This document shows, piece after piece, positions 17,811 to 27,101 of a stretch of DNA of 64,000 nucleotides. The DNA is from Clostridia bacterium (GTDB taxonomy: Bacteria > Bacillota > Clostridia > UMGS1883). A program made the position numbers and the translations under genes. Where the stretch lies: NCBI GenBank assembly GCA_045651805.1, contig JAZRTB010000078.1, positions 2,707-66,706 on the forward strand. Direction: 5' to 3'. The notes beneath the pieces were generated by a model. The model had not been told where the DNA came from and ran no database searches. It was given only the letters and a program-made list of their open reading frames with translations. Position 1 is the stretch's first letter. The number at the start of each line of letters is the position of its first letter.

Positions 17811-18015
17811 ATGTATCCTCCGAACAAAAAAGTCTGACAACCGTTTCTACTCAAAAAATGTTAACCAAAGCAATGTTTTGATTTCCGGTTAACGCAGTCA
17901 TTATAACACAAAGATTTTTGTTTGTCAACAATTGACGAAACAACAGCCTCTAATCGGAGTGCAGCATTTTTATTGCGAAACTGCAACAGAAAAATGCATA
18001 AATGAGGCCGCGTAC

Positions 18016-18045
18016 TTGACAAAATACGACATATTTTGGTAAAAT
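18016..18045 (+). promoter_or_regulatory. Candidate sigma-A promoter with extended -10 for the S8/vWA gene
   Basis: TTGACA (18016..18021), an 18-nt spacer ending in TGG, then TAAAAT (18040..18045). Confidence 0.45.
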
Positions 18046-18068
18046 ATGTTTAATTCCAAGAAACGGAG

Positions 18069-21000
18069 ATGAAAATTGCTATGAAAAAAGCGGTCAAGTG
18101 GACGATTTCAATCCTTTTGATAGTTGCAATAGTTGCTGCCATAGTAGTGACTGCGGCAATAACACTTACAAAAGAAAAAGATATCGTCACAACGGAGGAA
18201 ATGTACAGAGAAATAGCTCAGGAGGTAGAACGTTTTTCTTATGACGAAGAAACAGGCTTGTTGTTCGTTAATAATGAAATCGTAGTAGTTGCGGCAGAGG
18301 GTACTGATGCCAGAGCTATGGAGCGTTTGGCAGACAGATACGATGCTGAGATCGCAGACAAAATGGAGGATGTCGGAATTTACAATTTCAAGTTTGCATC
18401 CCAGATGGAAGCAGACGAGATTGACGACATTGCTGAAGAACTCAGTAATGAAACGGGAGTTGAAGATGCATATCTTGTTCCCGTCGTTGCTTGTGAAACT
18501 GATGACGAAGTTTATCCCAATGACCCGTGGAACGGTGCTGACTGGGATGTAGATAACCCCGAAGGCGAGAACTGGGGTACTGAGGCTATAAATGCACCCG
18601 GTGCATGGGAGTATATGGACGAGCTTCAGGAAGTAAATGTAGGTCTTATTGATACATATGTAAGAACAGACCACGAAGACCTCGAAACGACTGCTTTGTT
18701 TACTTCTATAGATACCGAGTCAGGATATTCTTCAACAAAAGCGATGAATGTGTCTGCCGATAAAGCAGGCGACCATGGTTGTCATGTGGCAGGTACAATG
18801 GGTGCAACATGGGATAACGGAAAAGGTATTTCAGGTATCCTCGGCACAAAAGGTAACATATACAGCAGTAACACTATAAGGTACGAGACAAGAAATAACA
18901 AGACCATAACGCAGTATTATTCTGCTTATGAGTATGTTAAAGCAATCAAGGCTCTTGTTAATAAGGACGTACGCGCTATTAACATCAGCCAGAACACAGG
19001 CAGACTTCTCGGATTTGCGGCTTCAAGGGGCAACAAGAAAGCTCTTGATTATCTTGAACGTCAGGCATCACTTGCAGGAAATATGCTTGGCAGAATTATA
19101 ACAGATATTGAAGAAAACGGTGGTACTGATTTTGTTATCTGTATCTCTGCCGGTAACAGTAATGACACATATTATTACGAGGACGACTCTTCAATGTACG
19201 GCTTTACAGAAAAGCGCGGATTACGCTTCTGGATGAATGAGTACAAAGGTAATTCCGAAGCAAAGTACAATAACTTCCTTTCTCTTATCGAAGACGAAAA
19301 AGTAAAGAACAGAATTATTGTAGTAGGTTCCGTACAACTGAATACAGATTCAGCTTCTTCTGAATACAGAAAATATGTGGAATCACCTTTCTCATGTGTT
19401 GGTGAAAGAGTTGACGTAATGGCTCCGGGCGTAAACGTATACAGCCTTACAGCCAACGGATATGATTTAAAGTCAGGTACATCAATGGCAGCTCCCCATG
19501 TAACTGCAGTTGCAGGTCTTGCATTTGCGGCTAATCCGTCTCTGTCGGGTCCTGAAGTTAAAATTATAGTAACTTCTCTGACAAACGGAAGATATTATCA
19601 CGGTGACGATTTCTTCAGCGGTATGGTTGATGCAAAGAAGGTTGTGGAATATGCTCTTAAGACAAATACCGGTGAAGCGGCTCCTATATCAAATACCACA
19701 TCCGGTCTTGATCTTTGCTTTATTGTTGATACAACCGGTTCGATGGGTGACGATATAGAAAATGCAAAAGAAAATATGGTAGATATTCTCGGCAAATTGT
19801 CAGAAAAGACTCCTGACTACAGAGTTGCATTGGTTGACTACAGAGATTTCCCTGAAAGAGCAGGCTACTCTGACTATCCGTCAAAAGTTCAGCTGAATTT
19901 CTCATCAGATAATGACGCGATTGTAGATGCAATTAACGCTCTCAGCCTTGGTAGTGGCGGTGACTGGAAAGAAACTGTTTATTCAGGTATTCATTCAGCT
20001 CTCGGTCTTGACTGGAGACCCCGTTCACAGAAAATAATTATTATTCTCGGAGATGCACCACCGCTTGATCCCGAACCTGTTACAGGATATACATATGATG
20101 ATGTAATTGAGGCGTTGTTTAATGCCGATATCGGTATTGACCTTGAAAGTTCGGATTCAAGAGTTCTCGGCGACCCCGATGACAGTGCTATGTGTGTATA
20201 TTCAATCGGAATCGGTGGCGATGATGAAGGCTTCTTTGAAAAAATTGCAACAGATACCGGTGGTGTTTATACCGAGGTTGAAAGTGCGGAGGAAGTTTCA
20301 GATGCTATCATAGGCTCAATTGAAAAGATTGAAATTGAGTCATTCGATGTGACAGTAAGCTTTGGTGAAGAATTCTCCGGTGAAACTGTTGATATCTATA
20401 ACGAAGATGGTTATATGTTCTCGCATTCTCTTGATGATTCAGGTAACTTTGTTCTCGGAGCAATGCCTGAAGGTGACTACGACTGGAAGATAGCACGTCT
20501 TGGCAAATCCGGACAGATTACAATTGAAACGGAAGAAGATCATGTCGATGCAGAAGCTACCGGAAGTGAATGGTACAGTTTTGCTTTGGTAGTGTGGTAC
20601 AGACACAGAGTTGCTCTTATTTCTGTAACTGCCGGAATAATCGTATTGCTGATTCTCATTTTTGTTATTATTTCGAAAGTAAAGAAAGCTATCAGAAAGA
20701 AACGTGAGAAGGCAAAGAAACTGTGCTGCGTATGCGGTGCGGAAATGATGAAGGATCAGAGATTCTGCGATAAGTGCGGTAGTGATAACGATGCCGGTAG
20801 CGGTGTAGAAGAAGCTCCCGTGCAGGAACAGGTAATTCAGGAAAATTACAATGTTGCTCCCGAAGCGGAGACAGCACCTATGGAGGAGTACCTTGCAGGT
20901 GTTGAAAGTGAAACTGTAAGTGAACCGGAAGCTCCCGCAGAAGAACCGATTAATGAAGTTGTTGAAGTTCCCGTGCAGGAACAGCCTCAGGCAGCTCCTC

Positions 21001-21104
21001 AGGCAAATAATTTCAATCAGGAATTTATGTTCTGCAGTAATTGCGGACAGAAATTACCTGCAGGCAGTGTATTCTGTGCTAATTGCGGACAGAAAGTCAG
21101 ATGA
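18069..21104 (+). CDS. Bitopic membrane protein: subtilisin-like S8 protease + von Willebrand A domain + TM + two cytoplasmic zinc ribbons
   Basis: N-terminal signal-anchor (WTISILLIVAIVAAIVVTAAITL). S8 triad contexts GLIDTYV, HGCHVAGTMGA, GTSMAAPHVTAVAGLA. vWA MIDAS LCFIVDTTGSMGDD. Second TM helix (LISVTAGIIVLLILIFVIIS). Zinc ribbons CCVCGAEMMKDQRFCDKCG and FCSNCGQKLPAGSVFCANCG. The start may be ATG 18081. Confidence 0.8.
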   Translation: MKIAMKKAVKWTISILLIVAIVAAIVVTAAITLTKEKDIVTTEEMYREIAQEVERFSYDEETGLLFVNNEIVVVAAEGTDARAMERLADRYDAEIADKMEDVGIYNFKFASQMEADEIDDIAEELSNETGVEDAYLVPVVACETDDEVYPNDPWNGADWDVDNPEGENWGTEAINAPGAWEYMDELQEVNVGLIDTYVRTDHEDLETTALFTSIDTESGYSSTKAMNVSADKAGDHGCHVAGTMGATWDNGKGISGILGTKGNIYSSNTIRYETRNNKTITQYYSAYEYVKAIKALVNKDVRAINISQNTGRLLGFAASRGNKKALDYLERQASLAGNMLGRIITDIEENGGTDFVICISAGNSNDTYYYEDDSSMYGFTEKRGLRFWMNEYKGNSEAKYNNFLSLIEDEKVKNRIIVVGSVQLNTDSASSEYRKYVESPFSCVGERVDVMAPGVNVYSLTANGYDLKSGTSMAAPHVTAVAGLAFAANPSLSGPEVKIIVTSLTNGRYYHGDDFFSGMVDAKKVVEYALKTNTGEAAPISNTTSGLDLCFIVDTTGSMGDDIENAKENMVDILGKLSEKTPDYRVALVDYRDFPERAGYSDYPSKVQLNFSSDNDAIVDAINALSLGSGGDWKETVYSGIHSALGLDWRPRSQKIIIILGDAPPLDPEPVTGYTYDDVIEALFNADIGIDLESSDSRVLGDPDDSAMCVYSIGIGGDDEGFFEKIATDTGGVYTEVESAEEVSDAIIGSIEKIEIESFDVTVSFGEEFSGETVDIYNEDGYMFSHSLDDSGNFVLGAMPEGDYDWKIARLGKSGQITIETEEDHVDAEATGSEWYSFALVVWYRHRVALISVTAGIIVLLILIFVIISKVKKAIRKKREKAKKLCCVCGAEMMKDQRFCDKCGSDNDAGSGVEEAPVQEQVIQENYNVAPEAETAPMEEYLAGVESETVSEPEAPAEEPINEVVEVPVQEQPQAAPQANNFNQEFMFCSNCGQKLPAGSVFCANCGQKVR

Positions 21105-21142
21105 GGTAAAGTATACACAACAGTAGTGAAATAATCTGAAGT

Positions 21143-21181
21143 AAAACGGCGTTTACACCCGACAGGGTGTGACGCCGTTTT
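21143..21181. terminator. Bidirectional rho-independent terminator
   Basis: AAAACGGCGT...ACGCCGTTTT outer stem with an inner CACCC/GGGTG stem, between convergent genes. Confidence 0.75.
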
Positions 21182-21272
21182 AAATTATATACAGATGCAG
21201 ATATTGTGTATATACTGCACCATATGAAAAGTAATACGAAGATGGATTTATAAATATTCATAATACGCCTTT

Positions 21273-22478
21273 CTAGTTCGTTTCTTCAAAATCGGCAAAA
21301 ACAACCTTGAAGGAAATGTTGATGTCTGCATACGGAAATTTTTCTTCCCAGTTGAAATTTTTCCATTCAGTATAATCGGGAAAGTGGGATTTTAAGGATG
21401 CTCCTGTGTCAAGAAAATCGCTTTTGTGCTTTGTCTGTGCATCGGCAAGAAGCTTTTGCGATTCGAAATCAAGCTTGTGTTCAAGAAATCTGCAGAATTT
21501 ATCTGATTTTTCTTTGCTGTTTCCGATTTTACCGGCATCCACATATTCAATGGAGACAGGTACGGTAATGTTAATTTTTGCATTACCGTTTTTTATTTCG
21601 GATTTTATCTCGGGTTTTGTTTGCTGAATAAGGCGGATTGTTACATAATCGGTGCTTTCAGGATATGAAAGGCTGTAATTGCGAGGATAATATTCATTGC
21701 AAATCATTCTCGATAAATCGGTGTGAAAGCTGCCGAGAGTACCTACCATTTTGTCATTTCGGAGTATTGCACAACCGAGAATTTCCGTTTCGTTTGAAGC
21801 CGTTCGTATAATTTCCCCTGCGCGAGCTTCATAAGAAAAGTCATCACTATCGGTATAAAGAGGAGCGGGCATTTCGGGAAGCGTGTTTTCGTTTACTCCC
21901 ACAAGTGGCACAAGGCTTCCGCTGTAAGAGTCCGAAACATTAAAAAAGAGGTAGTAAAGATACGCCTCGTTAACTTTGTTGGCGGCAACTTTCTGCATAA
22001 TGTGGTCGTAGTATTTTTCGATAAATTCCTCCTGAGACGGCTTAACGCTGTTCAGATATTTTTCGCTGCTTCCTTTTGATATGCACACATAAGTGTTAGG
22101 GCGGAAATCCCGTGATGAAGCAAATCCCGACAAAAAATCTCCGATGCCTTCCTTTGCGATTTCTTCGGAGAAAATTACGATTTTCGTATGTGTGAGATTG
22201 ATGTTCTTGCTTTTTATTGCATCAAGCTTGCGTACAGCTGAAAAGGGTGTAGGTGCTTCCACCGTAACAGTATCCGGACTGGGGGATGAAGGGGATTTCT
22301 CTTCGCCCGAACTGTTCCCCGAAGGATTTGCAAATACGAAAGTCATGCGAAGAGGGTAGCTTTTTCCTTTGTCAATTCCTATTGCAATTACAAACGCCTG
22401 ATTATCAACATCATCGCCATATCCGCAACCGCCTGAAATAAGAGCGATGCATAAAATTATTGCTATGACTTTTTTCAT
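21273..22478 (-). CDS. Spore germination receptor subunit C, Ger(x)C-family lipoprotein
   Basis: Lipobox LISGGCGY at the N-terminus. Size and position as third gene after GerA- and GerB-type genes. Its start overlaps the upstream stop (ATGA). Confidence 0.75.
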   Translation of the reverse strand: MKKVIAIILCIALISGGCGYGDDVDNQAFVIAIGIDKGKSYPLRMTFVFANPSGNSSGEEKSPSSPSPDTVTVEAPTPFSAVRKLDAIKSKNINLTHTKIVIFSEEIAKEGIGDFLSGFASSRDFRPNTYVCISKGSSEKYLNSVKPSQEEFIEKYYDHIMQKVAANKVNEAYLYYLFFNVSDSYSGSLVPLVGVNENTLPEMPAPLYTDSDDFSYEARAGEIIRTASNETEILGCAILRNDKMVGTLGSFHTDLSRMICNEYYPRNYSLSYPESTDYVTIRLIQQTKPEIKSEIKNGNAKINITVPVSIEYVDAGKIGNSKEKSDKFCRFLEHKLDFESQKLLADAQTKHKSDFLDTGASLKSHFPDYTEWKNFNWEEKFPYADINISFKVVFADFEETN

Positions 22479-23560
22479 CGGGATAACCTTCTCCTTCTTA
22501 CGATTCTTGCTATTACAAGTATAATAAAGGGCAGTGTGGGGAAAAGTAGCGTGCTCATATTTATAAGCTTTTCGTAAATGGTAAAAGCCGATGCTTCACT
22601 TTTCGGAAGCATAGAAATAAAAAATGTGATTATAGTGATTACGGGGGTAAAGGATTTTTTGACTTCTGTTGGTGAAGTGTAGGATGCAAGCCTTGCTGTG
22701 ACTGCGATTAAAACACTCATACTGCACATTACAAAGCTTGTCCACACAAATACTACAATCGGTTCAAGCCTCTGGAGAAATGCCCCTGATTTTATCATTC
22801 TTGTCATTTGGTAAAATGGCAGGAAGAAGTCTTTTGATGCAGGGTACGGTACCGTAAGACAGTATGCAAGTGTGAAAAGAGAGGAAACAACCGTAATAAT
22901 TACGAAGGTAATTATTGCTGACTTTTTTATTTCTTTGAAATTCCCAAGTCTCGGTGCAAAGAAAAAGAGAAGCACCGTTTCCGTAAAACCAAAATGCTTG
23001 GTAAAAATTCCGTCAAGGAGTTTTCCTTTATCTGCTCCGAAGATTGGCATAATGTTTTCTATACGATAATGGGGAAGAAGCGCAAGACATACGGTGAAAA
23101 GAGTTATAATAACAAAAGGAAATATTATAAGACACAGATTTCTTGTGGGCCCTGTGCCGCAGTATGCCGCTATAAATACGGGGATGAGGATAAAAAGTGC
23201 AAAAAATTCATCGGGAGCAGTTGTGGCGATAACCGTGCTTAAAGCCTCGGTAAGAAGCCTTAAAAGAACGGCGTTAAAAATCGTGAATGCGGTAATGTAG
23301 ATGTAGTTAAAAATAACACCCGTAGTTTTTCCGAGAAATGAGAATGTTATATCGCTCAATGTCATAGGAGTAAATGGCTTATAAAGAGCGAGAATGATTA
23401 CAAGGGAAATCGTTGCCAGAATGCATTTTAAAAAAACGTCAATCCATGCGGCATTGCCTACATATTTCACCATATATTCAGGAAGAATTACAAGATATTT
23501 GGAAAGAATTGCACAGGAACACAGTATTGCGATGCTTAATGCAGATTTTTTTGTATGCAT
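22475..23560 (-). CDS. Spore germination receptor subunit B (GerAB-type, APC-like permease, ~10 TM)
   Basis: Polytopic membrane protein between GerA- and GerC-type genes. Preferred start is ATG 23560 (MHTKKS) after GGAGGG; the listed ORF starts at 23575. Confidence 0.75.
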   Translation of the reverse strand: MHTKKSALSIAILCSCAILSKYLVILPEYMVKYVGNAAWIDVFLKCILATISLVIILALYKPFTPMTLSDITFSFLGKTTGVIFNYIYITAFTIFNAVLLRLLTEALSTVIATTAPDEFFALFILIPVFIAAYCGTGPTRNLCLIIFPFVIITLFTVCLALLPHYRIENIMPIFGADKGKLLDGIFTKHFGFTETVLLFFFAPRLGNFKEIKKSAIITFVIITVVSSLFTLAYCLTVPYPASKDFFLPFYQMTRMIKSGAFLQRLEPIVVFVWTSFVMCSMSVLIAVTARLASYTSPTEVKKSFTPVITIITFFISMLPKSEASAFTIYEKLINMSTLLFPTLPFIILVIARIVRRRRLSR

Positions 23561-23562
23561 TT

Positions 23563-25161
23563 TTATTCCCTCCATTTTCTTGAAACTTTTGCCTGACGGA
23601 ATTTGCGTTTGGGATTTACATAATCGTCACGATGAGACTGTTTCCATACAGGCGGCATAAAAAGTGCCGACGGCATTCCGCTTTTTGTAACAGGGGCAAT
23701 GGGTGACGCCATTGGTACACCCATTGATTTGGTGTTTGTCCATAAAAGTACATTTACAAACAGTCCTGCCGTTATTCCGAGAAATCCTGCCGCTTGCCCA
23801 AGAAAGATATATGCAAACCGAAGTATTCTCGCGGATAATCCCAGATAATAATTGGGAGTTGCAAATGAGCCGATTGCGGTGATTGAAACGATAATTATAA
23901 GAATCGGACTGACGATTCCTGCACTTACTGCCGCTTGCCCAAGTATCAATGCACCAACGATACTTAAAGTGCTTCCGCTTGCTTCGGGCACACGGATACT
24001 TGCTTCACGGATAATTTCAAGGGAGATTTCCATTATGATTATTTCCACTATTGAGGGAAACGGTACAGGCTCGCGGCTTGACACAATAGACATCAGTATT
24101 CCCGTGGGAAGAAGCTCTGCATGGTAGCTCACAACTGCGATATAAAGCCCCGGAAGCAGTAGCGACAGCATAAATGCCGTCCATCTTATTATCCGTATCA
24201 TATTGACGTAAGGGAAACGGAGATAATTATCCTCTGCCGCTTCGTTAAGCTCGAAAACAGTTGTGGGAAGAATAAGCACAAATGGCGTTCCGTCGGCAAC
24301 AATTACAATCCTGCCGTCAAGAAGTGCTCTTGCCGCACGGTCAGGTCTTTCTGTTGATAAAAACTGGGGAAGTGTGGTAACAGATTTGTCCTCAAGAAGC
24401 TGTTCAAGTTCTGCCGTGGAAAAAATGTAGTCAACATCAATGCTTTCAATTCTGCGGAGAGTTTCTTTAAGAAGGGCTTCGTTTGTTATGTTTTCAATGT
24501 ACATAACCGACACGGGGGTCTGGCTGATTTTGCCGATTTTGTACTCCTTGCTGATAAGGCTTTTGTTGCGGATTATATGGCGGATAAGCGCTGTGTTTTC
24601 ACGTAATTGTTCGGAAAAAGAATCATTTGGTCCCCGGATGATTCTCTCTGTTTTCGGGGAGTCAATGCCCTTGTGGTCCCAACCCTTGGCATCAATACAA
24701 AAAGCCTCTTTTATCCCATCAACAAGAAGTATTGCACTTCCGAAATTAATATCAAACAGTATTTCTCCGAGGATATTGGTTTTTTTTGTTTCCGTCTGGG
24801 GAAGAAGGACTTTATCAATATCTTTGAAGCTTTTTATATTCAGTTCACGGCTTTTAAGCATCAGAGGCTTTAAAAGAAAGTCATTTATAATCTGCTTGTT
24901 TACAAGTCCGTCCACAAAAAACATGACTGCATCGTGGTCGCAGTCATTGATTCTTATGCTGAATTCGCGGAATTTGATATCACCGCTTTTTCCTTCGGAA
25001 AGCTCTTCTTTTAAAAGACAAACATCCTTTTTAAAGTTGCCGTAAAGAAGCGGTCCTCCGTGATTCTTTTGCACAGAATAGCTTTTCTCCTTTTGGGAAT
25101 TTTCAAGTTGAAAGCTTTCCACGGAAGTATTTCTGTATAAAAATAAGTCAGAAAATCTCAT
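23563..25161 (-). CDS. Spore germination receptor subunit A (GerAA/GerKA type)
   Basis: Soluble N-terminal half then 4-5 TM helices. Conserved GerA-family stretches (TERPDRAARALLDGRIVIVADGTPFVLILPTT, GNSL-like region). Preferred start is ATG 25161 after GAGGGG. Confidence 0.8.
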   Translation of the reverse strand: MRFSDLFLYRNTSVESFQLENSQKEKSYSVQKNHGGPLLYGNFKKDVCLLKEELSEGKSGDIKFREFSIRINDCDHDAVMFFVDGLVNKQIINDFLLKPLMLKSRELNIKSFKDIDKVLLPQTETKKTNILGEILFDINFGSAILLVDGIKEAFCIDAKGWDHKGIDSPKTERIIRGPNDSFSEQLRENTALIRHIIRNKSLISKEYKIGKISQTPVSVMYIENITNEALLKETLRRIESIDVDYIFSTAELEQLLEDKSVTTLPQFLSTERPDRAARALLDGRIVIVADGTPFVLILPTTVFELNEAAEDNYLRFPYVNMIRIIRWTAFMLSLLLPGLYIAVVSYHAELLPTGILMSIVSSREPVPFPSIVEIIIMEISLEIIREASIRVPEASGSTLSIVGALILGQAAVSAGIVSPILIIIVSITAIGSFATPNYYLGLSARILRFAYIFLGQAAGFLGITAGLFVNVLLWTNTKSMGVPMASPIAPVTKSGMPSALFMPPVWKQSHRDDYVNPKRKFRQAKVSRKWRE

Positions 25162-25278
25162 AATGCCCCTCACAAAACTGATTTTGGTTATTTTTTCACG
25201 GAAGAAAATATTTATTCATTTTTCTTGAAAATGGTATTTATCTGTGATAGAATCAAATTCTGGGAAGGATGATTTTTT

Positions 25279-26466
25279 ATGAAAGAAACGAAGAGAAAAT
25301 GCTCGCAGAATACAATAATAGTTTTGTGCTGGCTTGTATATACATTTGCATATCTCGGAAGATACAGTTACAATGCAAATATAAGCCTTATTATGGAAGA
25401 TTTTCACATAAATCACGCACAAGCAGGAATTGTGACAACCTGTTTCTTTTTTGCTTACGGAATAGGGCAGGTGGTAAACGGAATGTTCTGTGCAAGGTAC
25501 AATAAAAAATATCTTTTTCCAATAGTTCTTTTATTATCATCCGTTTTAAATCTGCTTGCGACTGTGGTACCCTTTCATTTCTTTAAATATATGTGGCTTG
25601 TAAACGGCTTCCTGCAGGCGTTTTTATGGTCATCAATAATTAATATTCTTGGCAATTATCTTGACAGTAACAATCTTACACGGGCACTTGTGATTATGGG
25701 CACATCGGCAACGGCAGGAACGATGTTTGCCTACGGAAGCAGTGCGTTTTTTGTGTGGCTGGGAAATTACCGCATAATGTTTGTGTTTGCCGCAGTTATG
25801 ATGACTTTAATCGGGGCAATCTGGAGTATTCTTTTTAGACCGGGACAGAAACAGATTGCAGAGGAAAAGCAGGAAGAACAGAAAAATTCCGGTGGAATAA
25901 AAACTATTTTTGTGATGCTCGCGGTGCTTGCATTTTTTGCGGTTATCAATAATCTTGTAAAGGATGGGCTCGGCACCTGGGTTCCTGCAATCTTGACAGA
26001 AGAATACAATATGAAGGATGAAGTGGCAATTTTTTCATCTGTTGTGCTTCCGCTTTTAGGAACATTCGGTGCAATAGTTGCTGTCAGACTTAATAAATAC
26101 ATAAAAGATTTTGTGAAAATGTCGGCTGTATTTTTTGTAACTTCCGCACTTATTATTGTGGGTATTATGACCCTTGGCAGTCATAGTGCCGTTATGATGA
26201 TTGTGTGCTTCGGCATAGTGCAGTGCCTGATGCACAGCGTCAATAACGTGGTTACATCTATTGCTCCGTTAAAAATGCGTGATAAGATAAACCCCGGAAA
26301 AATAGCGGGAATACTGAATGGATTTTGCTACCTCGGAAGTACGATTAGCTCCTACGGACTTGGTATGATTGCAGATAATATGGGTTGGCAAAGTGTATTT
26401 ATGTTGCTTCTTGCATTGTGCGTGATATGTATGGCGATTGGTTTGTTGTACCGGAAAAACAACTGA
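25279..26466 (+). CDS. MFS transporter
   Basis: 395 aa with ~12 predicted TM helices and an MFS-like loop motif after TM2 (GQVVNGMFCARYNKK). Confidence 0.7.
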   Translation: MKETKRKCSQNTIIVLCWLVYTFAYLGRYSYNANISLIMEDFHINHAQAGIVTTCFFFAYGIGQVVNGMFCARYNKKYLFPIVLLLSSVLNLLATVVPFHFFKYMWLVNGFLQAFLWSSIINILGNYLDSNNLTRALVIMGTSATAGTMFAYGSSAFFVWLGNYRIMFVFAAVMMTLIGAIWSILFRPGQKQIAEEKQEEQKNSGGIKTIFVMLAVLAFFAVINNLVKDGLGTWVPAILTEEYNMKDEVAIFSSVVLPLLGTFGAIVAVRLNKYIKDFVKMSAVFFVTSALIIVGIMTLGSHSAVMMIVCFGIVQCLMHSVNNVVTSIAPLKMRDKINPGKIAGILNGFCYLGSTISSYGLGMIADNMGWQSVFMLLLALCVICMAIGLLYRKNN

Positions 26467-26532
26467 TTATAAGACACTTCTATGAAACCTGACGGAAATT
26501 GTCTTTTGAAAATATAATAAATGGAAAATAGA

Positions 26533-26570
26533 AAAGGAATGTTGAAAAAATTCAACATTCCTTTTTGTTT
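26533..26570 (+). terminator. Rho-independent terminator of the MFS gene
   Basis: AAAGGAATGTTGAA / TTCAACATTCCTTT 14-bp stem followed by TTTGTTTT. Confidence 0.85.
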
Positions 26571-26751
26571 TAGATTCAGTTGGGACGCGACAAGGGTGAA
26601 GCGGCACGCTGCTTTTGCGTTCAGGACGCTTTTAACATCGGAGTAGGAGATAGGAAAAAGCGTTCAGAATGGAAGAACTGAACCACGAAGTGGGTTACCC
26701 GAAGGCGTATATAGATACGCCGAGAGGTGAAGTTTGTTAGTAGCAAAAGGC

Positions 26752-26785
26752 ATAAAAAAGAAAGACCGCTTTGTTGCGGTCTTTC
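26752..26785 (-). terminator. Second copy of the same terminator, inside repeat copy A
   Basis: AAAGACCGC-N6-GCGGTCTTT with a T-run on the minus strand. Confidence 0.7.
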
Positions 26786-26976
26786 AACAATAATCAATGG
26801 ATTAAGGCTTTTAGCACTTTTCAATATAATTTATTTTTCGCCTTTTGCGTTCAGGACGCTTTTAACATCGGAGTAGGAGATAGGAAAAAACGGTCTGAAC
26901 TGACAAACTGAACCGAAGGGAACCCGAAGGCGTACATAGGTACGTCGAGAGGTGAAGTTTGTTAGTAGCAAAAGGC

Positions 26977-27010
26977 ATAAAAAAGAAAGACCGCTTTATT
27001 GCGGTCTTTC
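26977..27010 (-). terminator. Rho-independent terminator (first after the lysK stop), inside repeat copy B
   Basis: GAAAGACCGC-N6-GCGGTCTTTC with a T6 run on the minus strand. Confidence 0.8.
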
Positions 27011-27101
27011 AACAATAATCAATGGATTAAGGCTTTTAGCACTTTTTAATATAATTTATTTTTCGCCTTTTGCGTTCAGGACGTTTTTAACATCTCCAAT
27101 T

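Larger units (their letters stand above)
26613..27095. repeat. Tandem 225-230-bp module (2 full copies plus a 28-bp third start) in the lysK 3' region
   Basis: Unit starts TTTTGCGTTCAGGACG at 26613, 26843 and 27068. Flanks are near-identical and a central ~60 bp is variable. Each full unit carries a terminator hairpin. Confidence 0.9.

Noticed and set aside
18069-18081. Choice between ATG 18069 and ATG 18081 as the start of the S8/vWA gene, and similar alternative starts for several genes
   Set aside because: This cannot be resolved from sequence alone. I kept the longest ORF where SD spacing was ambiguous, and moved the start only where a clear SD favoured an internal codon (12582, 17810, 23560, 25161, 36520, 49156, 50398, 53589).
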